Below are positions 54,503 to 63,996 of a stretch of 64,000 nt of DNA, piece after piece. Below the pieces are notes generated by a model that saw nothing but the letters and a program-made list of their open reading frames with translations, searched no databases and had not been told where the DNA came from. This stretch comes from a virus. The stretch lies in IMG/VR virus record IMGVR_UViG_3300045988_180880, positions 192,001-256,000 of that record; one strand, given 5' to 3'. Each line of letters begins with the position of its first letter. Position 1 is the stretch's first letter. A program made the position numbers and the translations under genes.

Positions 54503-54819
54503 AACTCTAGTTTATATAATAATTCTAATTGTAATCTAGTTAATACAAATACTTTAGTTTCGTTCTCTACCTCTCTACATATTAAGTCTTTTTTTGAACC
54601 TAATCTGATAAGAGGAGATGTACCTGTGGAATCTATAATCTCTACTCCACCTGTACTAGTATCATGAGTTTCTAATGTTACATTACCAAGACCATCTATA
54701 AATGTAACTTTACTCTTATCTGAAATCCAATCAGGCACAGATCCAACTCCATATTCCCAAACTTCTATATATTCTGGATAAGCTGAATTTCTTCCTGATT
54801 GTTTATATCTTTTAGTCAT
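54499..54819 (-). CDS. hypothetical protein
   Basis: ATGA-type overlaps with both neighbours. Confidence 0.55.
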   Translation of the reverse strand: MTKRYKQSGRNSAYPEYIEVWEYGVGSVPDWISDKSKVTFIDGLGNVTLETHDTSTGGVEIIDSTGTSPLIRLGSKKDLICREVENETKVFVLTRLQLELLYKLEL

Positions 54820-55622
54820 AATTTTCCAATATCTAAATCCTCTATATTATAATCTAAACAATCTATTCCATTTTTCTTAACTAATCCAGCAAAAAGATAT
54901 CTAGGATCCGGATCAGTAAAAGTATCAATAAATTCTTTATCTACTTTTTCCAAGAATATTCCGATTGTTGTGTTTCTGAAATAAAGTACTGAAGAGTTAG
55001 ATCCCCAAGTACAATATCTACAATCTATATAATCGGCAGGATCAGGAACATCTACTCTAGTCCATGGAAAAATAACAGACTTCAGAATATGTCTATGATA
55101 AAAATATAAACATTCATCAAAAATACATTTCCATTTCTTCTTTCTTTTTTCTTCAGACGGTGTATAGTAGAAGTTATATAGTTCTGTTGATGATAATCTA
55201 CGAATCTTAAACACTGGCTTAATAATTCTAGACTGATTTATTTTTTCTAGGTTTTCAAAAAGTTTAGGTGTAGATTCTTGTAAATCCTGACATCTAGATA
55301 TTGTTATTCCGATGTGCTTCCCAAATATTTCTTTATCATATTGTAGAGCCTTAAATATAGTTCTCGGTAAATTTTCAGAACTATCTATAAAAGCACAAGC
55401 CTGATAAAGAGTTGTTATCTTTTCTTTACTAATTTTAGAGTTGTCGAAATGGGAATCAGAGAATATGAATACTATATCACTAATCTCAGAAAGTTTACAT
55501 AATCCAGTATGTATATTATCTGGAAGAGGGTAGTAATCATAATCCATTAATATAATTGATATCATAAGATGACGTGGCTGATTAACTACGTACATCTCTT
55601 CTTTTGTTGGTTTCTTAATCAT
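54816..55622 (-). CDS. hypothetical protein
   Basis: ORF-track ORF; operon packing. Confidence 0.55.
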   Translation of the reverse strand: MIKKPTKEEMYVVNQPRHLMISIILMDYDYYPLPDNIHTGLCKLSEISDIVFIFSDSHFDNSKISKEKITTLYQACAFIDSSENLPRTIFKALQYDKEIFGKHIGITISRCQDLQESTPKLFENLEKINQSRIIKPVFKIRRLSSTELYNFYYTPSEEKRKKKWKCIFDECLYFYHRHILKSVIFPWTRVDVPDPADYIDCRYCTWGSNSSVLYFRNTTIGIFLEKVDKEFIDTFTDPDPRYLFAGLVKKNGIDCLDYNIEDLDIGKL

Positions 55623-55977
55623 AAAATACTTGTCTAACTTTTTCCCAATCTACATAAGGTCTATCACTAAAATCTGGATTATATATAAGAGGACATCCAA
55701 GAGCAGCATCATCTATATAAAGATCTGCATGTACTTTTGGAGAACTAGTCCATCTTCTTTGTCCAGGATCTTGATTAACTCCATATAAAGGGATATCATT
55801 TTCTTTAAACCATTCAACTGCATCTTCGAGTTCTTTCCCTGATCTCATAGTATTTAAGATCAATTTATGACCTCTTTCTACTAGCTCTTTAAGAACAGGA
55901 ACCGCACCAATATCCTTTCCAATTCTAGGATAATCATGAGTAACACAGGTTCCATCAAAATCTACTGCTAATTTCAT
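55615..55977 (-). CDS. HAD-superfamily phosphatase-like protein
   Basis: Motif I VDFDGTC near the N-terminus; LNTMRSG and YIDDAA resemble later HAD motifs. Confidence 0.55.
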   Translation of the reverse strand: MKLAVDFDGTCVTHDYPRIGKDIGAVPVLKELVERGHKLILNTMRSGKELEDAVEWFKENDIPLYGVNQDPGQRRWTSSPKVHADLYIDDAALGCPLIYNPDFSDRPYVDWEKVRQVFYD

Positions 55978-56654
55978 AATAATTCTTTTATAGTTTGTTC
56001 ATTAATATCTAGAATAAAACATTTTCTACAATCAAGACATGCAAAGGTAGTTCCAAAATACTCCTTTGATAATTGAGTATGACCGAATATCTGATGAACT
56101 CCGGAGTACTGATTTACAAACTCTCGTACATCTGACCATACACAAGATCCATATTGACAGTATCCTCCCCTAATTGTAGATATATCCCAAAGATGATCAT
56201 AGGCTAAATCTTGGTTTCGAAGTAATGCACTTAGGACTACACAATCACATTCCTTTACCATCCAATCTCTAATTACTCCTGCATGAGAGAATAAATATTT
56301 ATCAGTTTTATATAATAACTGGAAAAGATCTTTATTATCTTTAAAAATCTCTTCTATTCTCTTAGCATTTCTATGGTCATATCTACTACAAGGAGTTATA
56401 TGTATTGATAAATCTGAGTAGTGACAATCATGATTCCCGTAGAGAAGAATAACTTTATCATTATAATTTTTCTTAAACTCTATTATTTCTTCGAACTCCT
56501 TAATAGCATCTTCAGTTGTTATTCCCTCGGCCGGATAAGGATCTAAATAATCCCCTAAGAATACAATTTTATCTACTTCATCTACTTTTTCTTTAGCTAA
56601 TCTCCAAAATGTTCGGCCGTGAACATCTGGAACTATTATTACTTTATTTATCAT
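55974..56654 (-). CDS. metallophosphoesterase (Ser/Thr phosphatase-like)
   Basis: PDVHGR, FLGDYLDPY, YGNHD, FSHAG, GHT in canonical order. Confidence 0.8.
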   Translation of the reverse strand: MINKVIIVPDVHGRTFWRLAKEKVDEVDKIVFLGDYLDPYPAEGITTEDAIKEFEEIIEFKKNYNDKVILLYGNHDCHYSDLSIHITPCSRYDHRNAKRIEEIFKDNKDLFQLLYKTDKYLFSHAGVIRDWMVKECDCVVLSALLRNQDLAYDHLWDISTIRGGYCQYGSCVWSDVREFVNQYSGVHQIFGHTQLSKEYFGTTFACLDCRKCFILDINEQTIKELL

Positions 56655-57358
56655 AACTTATTAATTAAACTCCAAATCCAATATTTTCCATTCTCAGTCC
56701 ACTTCTTTTTATTAGATACATGCTTATTTCCGTGTTTATCAATTACTACTACGGAGACTAATTTAGTATAACCTAATTTATCATAAGGACTGGATAAGAA
56801 CCAACCTTTAGCCCCACGTCTTCTATAAATAAACTTATTATCCTCTAATTTCTTAAGAAGGGTTTTTGCACTATACCCTAAATTCATATCCTTACAGATC
56901 TGTTCAGTAGAGTATAGATTTTTAGAATAAGTTAGAACCTCATCACAATAATTAGCTTGAGGTAGAAGAGAGTTATATCTATCTCTTTCTTCCTGAAGAG
57001 CAGTAGTAAATCCTGTTCTTAAGAGCTCATCGATTTTCATATTACACCAGATAGCAAATCCAGGATCTAACCATCTAGCAAATTCTAAAGCTACCCATCT
57101 ATGCATCCATGTTCCCTGTCTAGTACCATCTGAATAATTACCTTTAACTGTTAGTACAGGAGTGATACCTGAAAATCTGGTATCACTTTTAAATGCTTCT
57201 AGATAAGATTTAGTACTAGGAAGTGAAAACCAGTCGTTGGGTCTTTTTCTAAATAGTTTTGCCATTTCTGTAGCATTAATCATAGTATCAAATCCATCTG
57301 ATTGAGTAAGTTGAATAAATGCTCCATTAAATTCTAATTCACTAATAATTGTTTTCAT
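56651..57358 (-). CDS. KilA-N domain protein (Bro/antirepressor-like)
   Basis: INATEMAKLF...GTWMHRWVALEFARWLDPGFAIWCN matches the KilA-N core pattern. Confidence 0.65.
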   Translation of the reverse strand: MKTIISELEFNGAFIQLTQSDGFDTMINATEMAKLFRKRPNDWFSLPSTKSYLEAFKSDTRFSGITPVLTVKGNYSDGTRQGTWMHRWVALEFARWLDPGFAIWCNMKIDELLRTGFTTALQEERDRYNSLLPQANYCDEVLTYSKNLYSTEQICKDMNLGYSAKTLLKKLEDNKFIYRRRGAKGWFLSSPYDKLGYTKLVSVVVIDKHGNKHVSNKKKWTENGKYWIWSLINKL

Positions 57359-57371
57359 TTTTAATTGTTTT

Positions 57372-57389
57372 TTACTACATTATTAAGGA
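57372..57389 (-). promoter_or_regulatory. candidate promoter TCCTTAATAATGTAGTAA
   Basis: Motif family member on the minus strand, 14 nt before the ATG at 57358. Confidence 0.35.
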
Positions 57390-57455
57390 AATCGAATTAA
57401 CAGGACAGAAAAATAAGACCCTAAGGAATTCTCACTCCCTAGGATCTTTTTTTAT

Positions 57456-57947
57456 TTAATCTAATCTTTCATCATTATATTTACTCTTTATTAGATTACC
57501 ATTAATATTATGCCATATAGTTTGATTAGAAGATCCTCTAAATCTAAGTTTTCTATCTTTTAATTCATCTATATATCTTCCATCAACTATATAATCACAC
57601 AAATTAATAACTTTCATTTGTTCTTCAGTTAATTCAGAAATATAAAATCCAGTCCATAACCAAATCTCTTTTTCTGGCCAAGTTTCCTTTATTTCTTTTA
57701 ATAATTCACTAAGTTCTGTAGCTTGAAGTAAAGGTTCTCCACCTAAAATAGAAACTCTCTTTACTCCTTCTATTAATTCAAAAAATTCTTTTTTTTCTTT
57801 CTCAGTAAATTCTTTTCCTCCATCCAAAGGCCAAGCTACTTGATTGAAACAATTCTTACAATGGAATAAACATCCTTGTAAAAATAATGAAACTCCAATG
57901 TAAGGTCCATTAGATATATCTATTTTTCTAATAGTTGCGTATCTCAT
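57456..57947 (-). CDS. nrdG: anaerobic ribonucleotide reductase activating protein (radical SAM)
   Basis: CxxxCxxC cluster GCLFHCKNCFN, GGEPL motif, ~160 aa, directly downstream of nrdD. Confidence 0.85.
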   Translation of the reverse strand: MRYATIRKIDISNGPYIGVSLFLQGCLFHCKNCFNQVAWPLDGGKEFTEKEKKEFFELIEGVKRVSILGGEPLLQATELSELLKEIKETWPEKEIWLWTGFYISELTEEQMKVINLCDYIVDGRYIDELKDRKLRFRGSSNQTIWHNINGNLIKSKYNDERLD

Positions 57948-57961
57948 AGTTTTCAGGGATT

Positions 57962-58044
57962 TTATAATTCATGATCATCTAGATGAGTGTATCTATCTCG
58001 TATCTCGGCTGTACGCCCTTGATTCCAAAAATTGGAACCAATAT
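57962..58044 (-). CDS. nrdD: nrdD exon 5 (glycyl-radical tail)
   Basis: Completes RRTCG|YIGSNFWNQGRTAEIRDRYTHLDDHEL*. Not in the ORF track because it has no Met. Confidence 0.75.
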
Positions 58045-58204
58045 CAATAATTACTATATTATTTATATAGTTTAAGACTATATCTTTTAATAAAATTTTT
58101 ATTAATTATTATACTTAGTCGTTGAACAAGTTTATTTTTACTTGATGCCGATTTATATTAATATCTTTCCGGCAATTTTAATAATTTAACGTGAGCTAAA
58201 TTTA
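58045..58204 (-). ncRNA. group I intron 4 (ORF-less, ~160 nt)
   Basis: On the minus strand: P-like AAATTGCCGGAAAG (58165-58178), Q-like AATCGGCATCAAG (58141-58153), R-like GTTCAACGACTAAG (58114-58127), S-like AAAGATATAGTCTTAA (58072-58087). 5' exon ends in U; intron ends in G. Confidence 0.65.
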
Positions 58205-59103
58205 ACCCACACGTACGTCTAGATACATGAAGTTTGTGTTGATCTTCACAGCCACATTGAGGACACCTCCAAGACAATTTATTATCCTCATCTATAATTT
58301 CTATCTCACCATCATATCCACAGTTAGAACAATAATCTGATTTTGTATTTAACTCTGCATAAGAAATATTATCATAGATGAACTTTATAACTTCTAAAAC
58401 TGCTTCGATGTTAGTACTGATATCTGCAGACTCTATGTAAGATATCATACCACCAGAACTATATGGTTGAAGTTCTGCCTCAAATTTTAACTTATCAAGA
58501 GGATTAATTTCTTCTTTTACATTAATATGATAACTGTTAGTAATATAAGATTCATCAGTTATGTTCGGTATAACTCCGAATCTATTCTTAAGACACTTTG
58601 CAAATTTATAAGTTGTACTTTCAATTGGAGATCCGTATACACTATATCCAAGACCATTCTCCTCAGATTTCCACTTATTACAAGCATCATTTAATCTTTG
58701 CATAATTTGTTTTGCAAGATCGATATGTTTTGTATGAGATTCCCCAGTTAATGCCATAACGCACTCATATAAACCAGCATAACCTAGAGAAATTGTACTA
58801 TACCCACCAAATAATAATGGATCAATCACTTCTCCTGGTTTTAATCTTGCAAAAGCTCCATGTTGCCATAATATAGGAGCTACATCTGATTTAATTCCAA
58901 GTAAACGTTTATGTCTAATTTGTAATGCTTTATGACATAATTCCAAACGTTCATCTAGAATTTCCCAGAACTTATCAATATCTCCTTCTGCAGATAATCC
59001 TGCATCAGGAAGTGATACTGTTACAACACCTTGATTTAGACGACCATAGAATTTATAATTTCCATTTTCATCTTTCCAAGGTGATAAGAAACTGCGACAT
59101 CCC
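58205..59103 (-). CDS. nrdD: nrdD exon 4
   Basis: (M)GCRSFLSPWKDENGNYKFYGR...ELCHKAL...CPQCG...RRTCG. Extends the track ORF 58158..58946 upstream, in frame. Confidence 0.8.
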
Positions 59104-59885
59104 CAAAGTTAATAATTATTAACTTTTAGACTATATCATATTCTTATTGCTATTACCACAAATAAGAACCCTACCATTTCAGAATTTATTATTAATAATA
59201 AATTCTTACGATACTCATTTCCATATTAGTATTTCTCTAATATTTATTTTCTCTAGTCGTTAGGCTTTTATATTAAATATAATAAATATCTTTTATTTTA
59301 TACTTACGAAAACCTTTATTTTTCTTTTGTAACCAGTACTTAACAGTTACTCTAGAAATTCCTAGTAATTTTGATAAGTCTTCTTTAAAATTATAAATTT
59401 CTTCAAGTCCATTATCATAAATTATCTTAAAAGGTTTATAATTTTTATGTTTAGATCCACCAACTTTATAAGAATGACGTTCGTTTTGTTTTCTAGTACA
59501 CCACTCTAAGTTATTTACATTACTATTTAATTTATTTCCATCGATATGATTAACTTCAAGATAATTATTTGGATTAGGTATGAATAATAAAGCTACTAAT
59601 CTATGTCTAAAGAATCTTTCCTTCTTTATAGAATTATTTTTATTATATAGATAAATTCTTGGATAACCTGCATTATTAGTATCTCCAATGATTAGTTTCT
59701 TTGTTATTTTATTTCTAACTTCTCCAAGTTCATTTATTTCATAATAATTTTCCCAATTAGGTATATCTTTCCACATAAAAATATTTTATATTTAATAATT
59801 TAGCACGGTAAGTTAGCAATTAATGCCTTCTCCGTTTAAGTAGGTTTTTCGAGTAACATCACTGTTACAAGGCACAGGATACTCT
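59104..59885 (-). ncRNA. group I intron 3 carrying an HNH homing endonuclease ORF
   Basis: R-like CCTAACGACTAGAG (59251-59264) and S-like ATGATATAGTCTAAAA (59124-59139). Splits the conserved CFPS|MGCRS. Confidence 0.65.
59273..59776 (-). CDS. HNH homing endonuclease (NUMOD4 + HNH_3-like)
   Basis: NYYEINELGEVRN (NUMOD4-like); EVNHIDGNKLNSNVNNLEWCTRKQNERHS (HNH). Lies inside the intron. Confidence 0.75.
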   Translation of the reverse strand: MWKDIPNWENYYEINELGEVRNKITKKLIIGDTNNAGYPRIYLYNKNNSIKKERFFRHRLVALLFIPNPNNYLEVNHIDGNKLNSNVNNLEWCTRKQNERHSYKVGGSKHKNYKPFKIIYDNGLEEIYNFKEDLSKLLGISRVTVKYWLQKKNKGFRKYKIKDIYYI

Positions 59886-60193
59886 ATGCTCGGGAAACAG
59901 TTTCCTTCTTTAAGTTCCTTCATTTTCTTTTCAGAAATATAATCAGGAACTAATCGTTTAGCTGAACACTTAGCAGCGAGTTTAGTAAGATACCAATATT
60001 TACTATTTTCATGTATATTATCTTCCTCAAGAGCATATATCAATTTAGGAAATGCAGGAGTTACAAATACTCCATCTTCATTAGGCATTCCTTGGATACG
60101 TTGTTCTAGGAATTCTTGAATTAACATGGCTAATTCTTCTTTATATTCTGAAGTTTCGCCTAGATACATAAATACTGTTAAAAATGGGGACTG
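59886..60193 (-). CDS. nrdD: nrdD exon 3
   Basis: QSPFLTVFMYLGE...KELKEGNCFPS. The track ORF 59813..60196 runs on into the intron. Confidence 0.8.
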
Positions 60194-60486
60194 CATTTCC
60201 CCCGAATTAGACTATATCATCAACCACTATTAAATGGTTGGAGAGCGCTTCGGAATAAGGAATTTCGCCTTAAACCTACTCCTTTCGGATAGTCGTTTGA
60301 CCTTCTAGAAACTTATTCATTTTCTAGCTTGGCACAGGATTAGATTTTAATCTTTCCCTGTTAGCAAAATTTTAAACTATCATTTCCTATAGTTCCGTAT
60401 TATTTACGTAAATTTTACACCTAAGATTTCTTAGTTCACTCTCTACATTGAAAAATATTACTACTTTCCCGGGCCAGTAAAATTCG
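60194..60486 (-). ncRNA. group I intron 2 (ORF-less, ~293 nt)
   Basis: P/Q-like TTGCTAACAGGGAAAG...AATCCTGTGCC; R-like TCAAACGACTATCC (60287-60300); S-like GATGATATAGTCTAAT (60206-60221). Splits TNG|QSPF. Confidence 0.7.
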
Positions 60487-60681
60487 ACCATTTGTGTTTG
60501 TCATACTATTAATTTGATAATTAAAAGTTTGAACTGAGTCTTTAACTTCTTTTTTCAAATCAATAGTTGCTAATTTCTCGCTAAGTTCTTCATCTAATCC
60601 AGCATCTTTATATTTTTTCAGATAACCATTATAACTATCTCTTACAAAAGGTGCTAGATGTGTTAATGTTATTGTACATCC
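60487..60681 (-). CDS. nrdD: nrdD exon 2
   Basis: GCTITLTHLAPFVRDSY...QTFNYQINSMTNTNG. Both flanks of the track ORF 60436..60708 are intron sequence. Confidence 0.75.
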
Positions 60682-61862
60682 CAAATATATGAAATTTGTA
60701 TTTTTCATATAACTAGACTATTTCTTATTGAGTTTATGTTCTCAATCAACCCGTTTCAATAATTAGGAATTTCACCAAATTATTTACGTCAAAATGACTA
60801 GTCGTTACAATTAATAAATAAATTTAAATGTATGATCTGAACAATTAGTTTCTCCATTTATGTATCTACTTATTTGAGTTTCAGATTTACCCAAAAATTT
60901 CGCTAAGGCAACTATTGTTTTAAATTCATACTTATCATCTAGAATTATTTTTCTCCATTTACCTCTTTTAGTAAATGCTTTGGATTTTGCTTTCCCTTTT
61001 TTATAAGCTAATTTATTATTATCTCCCATAGACACCCACATAAGATTTGATGCTTTATTATTAGTTACATCATTATCAATATGCTCTATAGTATTTTTTT
61101 CCTCACTATGGCCATCCAGAAAAGCAAAACCAACTAACCTAGACACTTGAAGTCCTTTTTCCTTAATTTTAATATAAACTCTGCCAGTTTTCGAATTTAT
61201 ATTTAAAGATAATAGTACATACTTATCATATGTTTTTATATATCTTTTAACACGTCCCATATTTGAAATATAATAACTGGAGTATCCCAAAATCTCTTTC
61301 CATTCTTCATCAGGTAATTCTTCCCAATCATAATTTAATGAGGATTTTTCTACTAACTGATTTTTTCTTTCTTGAGCATTTATTTTCTGTCTATTAATAT
61401 AATCAATTTTGTGCTCATTTAATTCAGGAACTTTCTTTATTATATTACTCAAATATTCTGAGGTTACTTTTAATTCATTAGCTATTTCTGAAATTGAAAT
61501 ATCATTATCAAGTTTACTAATAATTAGATTTTTATTTTTATTAGCAAATTTTTGATTAGATGGTGTTAAGTAAGATACATTACCTTTTTCTAATTTCCAG
61601 TCTTCGTTGATAGCTTTTATTAAAGTTTTCCTATCTACTTCTAGTAATCTAGATATATAACTCTTAGATCTTCCTTCGTTACAATACAATTTAATAATTG
61701 TATTTTTTAATAATTCAATTTTTTCTCTTTCAGTCATTTCCAAACTTTTTTATTTATTAATCACGAGATCAGACTTTTCCATTCCTTCCTCGTTAGCCTT
61801 GATAAGCAAGACACCCACTTTTGTGGTTAGGGTTGTTTTAATACGGCAGATATATTTTATAA
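60682..61862 (-). ncRNA. group I intron 1 carrying an HNH homing endonuclease ORF
   Basis: R-like GTAACGACTAGTC (60796-60808) and S-like AAGAAATAGTCTAG (60713-60726). Splits SSSQYG|GCT. Confidence 0.65.
60811..61743 (-). CDS. HNH homing endonuclease with HTH modules
   Basis: YYISNMGRVKR (NUMOD4-like); IEHIDNDVTNNKASNLMWVSMGDNN (HNH); N- and C-terminal HTH-like segments (ISRLLEVDRKT, LAKFLGKSETQISRYING). Confidence 0.75.
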   Translation of the reverse strand: MEMTEREKIELLKNTIIKLYCNEGRSKSYISRLLEVDRKTLIKAINEDWKLEKGNVSYLTPSNQKFANKNKNLIISKLDNDISISEIANELKVTSEYLSNIIKKVPELNEHKIDYINRQKINAQERKNQLVEKSSLNYDWEELPDEEWKEILGYSSYYISNMGRVKRYIKTYDKYVLLSLNINSKTGRVYIKIKEKGLQVSRLVGFAFLDGHSEEKNTIEHIDNDVTNNKASNLMWVSMGDNNKLAYKKGKAKSKAFTKRGKWRKIILDDKYEFKTIVALAKFLGKSETQISRYINGETNCSDHTFKFIY

Positions 61863-62546
61863 ACCGTATTGACTGCTTGATACTGCAGTAATTATCTGCG
61901 TTGCAATTGTAGTAGCTGTAATTAATTTATGAGGTTTAAATATTTTTGTCTTATTTATACATGTTCCATTTTGAAGCATGTCCTCAAGATTAATCAAACA
62001 GCAATTATTCATCGCAAGTTGGCCTATATAGTCAAGATCGTGTATGTGAATCAGGCCTTCATCATGAGCTTGGATAATTTCAGGAGGGAATATTTTTCGT
62101 CTAGCCATATCTATACTAACAATTCCAGCCATATAGTCTCTCTGAACTGTTAAGAGCATAGAATCTTTATTAGAATTTTCAGACTTCCAATATTCACTAT
62201 CTCCTGCTAATAATTCATTTATTTGTTCATCGATAGTATTAGATTGTCGTTGAAATTCTCTAACACTTCGATATCCTTCATAAGCTTTTGCAGTTAACTT
62301 ATGTCCTTTCTTTATTAACTTGTCATATACTAAATTTTCAATCTCATCAATAGTACATGAACCTTTTTCTTTTAATTCTTCTTCAATTTCTTTAGAGATA
62401 TTAAAAGCTACTTTTGGACTTTTAATACCACTAGATTTCATTGCATTAAGAATTGCTTTTTCTATTTTTTCAGAATTAAATTTTTCAGATTTACCATTCC
62501 TTTTAGCAACTAGTAAATCTGATACTGTATTTACATCTTCACTCAT
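61863..62546 (-). CDS. nrdD: nrdD exon 1 (ATP-cone + N-terminal part of class III ribonucleotide reductase)
   Basis: VAKRNGKSEKFNSEKIEKAILNA is ATP-cone-like; the exon ends AVSSSQYG. Confidence 0.8.
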
Positions 62547-62569
62547 ATGTTTTTATTTTTCTTTATTTG

Positions 62570-63178
62570 TTATTTCTTACTAGGATCAAATTCAAATCCC
62601 AAGTCATTTACATATTTTTCTGCATCTTTAATATTAATAACTTCATCAATTTTATTATACTTTTGTGTAAATTCAACATATGCATCTTGATGTTCCATAT
62701 ATTCTTGAACCCCTCCTGGAAATTCTTTTGCTCGGGTAGGTTCTCTAAGAATAACATCTCTAACAAAATCAAAATCTTTCTGAACTAATAATATTCTCCT
62801 TGGTGTATAGTACGAATTTTGCTCACATAAGATATCTTCTTCATGAACTACATCCTTAATCCATTTCGAATTTTCACCGATTTCTCTATTATTCTTGTAG
62901 TAATAATAAAGCATATCGGATACTCCCCTTTCTACTAAGAGGTTATTCACTCCAGGAGGCCAGTTATTTTTTATAGCATTCCTCAAGTTACAAAGATGAA
63001 GAATAGCATAATTTCGATCATCTTGCTGTGTTCCTAAGATATTTTCCCAACGTTTCCAAGGTTTAATATCAGACCACATAACATTATACAGTCCAGGGCA
63101 TCTTGTTAATATTGATTCTATGGTTGTTGCTTTAAATGTACCAGAACATCCATAATACATAGTTATAAATCTAAACAT
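62570..63178 (-). CDS. hypothetical protein, possible P-loop kinase-like (dNMP/deoxynucleoside kinase?)
   Basis: Degenerate P-loop YGCSGTFKAT and ERGVSD-like segment; the functional assignment is weak. Confidence 0.5.
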   Translation of the reverse strand: MFRFITMYYGCSGTFKATTIESILTRCPGLYNVMWSDIKPWKRWENILGTQQDDRNYAILHLCNLRNAIKNNWPPGVNNLLVERGVSDMLYYYYKNNREIGENSKWIKDVVHEEDILCEQNSYYTPRRILLVQKDFDFVRDVILREPTRAKEFPGGVQEYMEHQDAYVEFTQKYNKIDEVINIKDAEKYVNDLGFEFDPSKK

Positions 63179-63531
63179 AACGTAAATTTTCTTAAAAAAT
63201 CTTTCTTTTCTCTTACAAATATTTTTCTTTCACTCTCAGGAACTTCTACATAACCTTCAGGAGTACAGTGTTTATACTCTTGATAGATAATACAGTTTTC
63301 CCATTCTCTTGTTTCTGGATTTTTCATTATCGCATTTTCTTGAAGTACTATATAATGATTCTTAGTACCTTCATATTCTACTATTTTTTCCATATTTACT
63401 ATTTGTTTTAGAAATAAATTGGGAACCCACACAACACGAATCCCCTTTGCATAAATAAGGAAGTCACGGGTCGAGAGATCACTTTTCATCGATTTGGAGG
63501 AAAGATAAAAAAGAGACTGGATTTTCTCCAA
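63163..63531 (-). CDS. hypothetical protein
   Basis: ORF-track ORF; overlaps the downstream gene start. Confidence 0.5.
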   Translation of the reverse strand: MEKIQSLFYLSSKSMKSDLSTRDFLIYAKGIRVVWVPNLFLKQIVNMEKIVEYEGTKNHYIVLQENAIMKNPETREWENCIIYQEYKHCTPEGYVEVPESERKIFVREKKDFLRKFTLCLDL

Positions 63532-63552
63532 TCTCTTAATGTATAGTATATA

Positions 63553-63996
63553 TTAACTTTCATATTTAAGAATATAATAACCTCTTATAGATTTCGCGCC
63601 GTACAATTTAGCTCCCGATCTGGATAGCTTTTGTGTTACGTGAAAATATGTGCTACCTCCTCCCGAACTAACTCTTACTTTCTTAGGTTGATTCGGCGCG
63701 GGAGTCACAAGGTCTTTTTTCTGATACCCTGGCGCTACTACATTCCAAGGTCCATTCTTAAATACATTATAGTAACCTTTATTATGATTTTCATTTTTGA
63801 ATTCATAGACACCTGGAACTGGTACATTTAGTTCAGTTCTCTTGCCTTTCATCATATTCCCAACAAATTTACTGTCTGGGAGTGAATTATAAGCTTTATC
63901 TCTTCGGTATATTGCATATCCTGCTGCAACACCAAGAGATAATACTGTTATGATTTTTAATCCAAAAATCAATCTATCTTTTGTTTTCTTTTTCAT
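63553..63996 (-). CDS. hypothetical membrane-anchored protein
   Basis: N-terminal TM segment LIFGLKIITVLSLGVAAGYAIY. Confidence 0.55.
   Translation of the reverse strand: MKKKTKDRLIFGLKIITVLSLGVAAGYAIYRRDKAYNSLPDSKFVGNMMKGKRTELNVPVPGVYEFKNENHNKGYYNVFKNGPWNVVAPGYQKKDLVTPAPNQPKKVRVSSGGGSTYFHVTQKLSRSGAKLYGAKSIRGYYILKYES

Noticed and set aside
58925-59122. Track ORFs antisense or out of frame to nrdD exons, the thymidylate-kinase-like gene and neighbours (58925..59122, 61929..62153, 62320..62583, 62567..62788, 63631..63831)
   Set aside because: Each overlaps a strongly supported minus-strand coding region and has low-complexity content.
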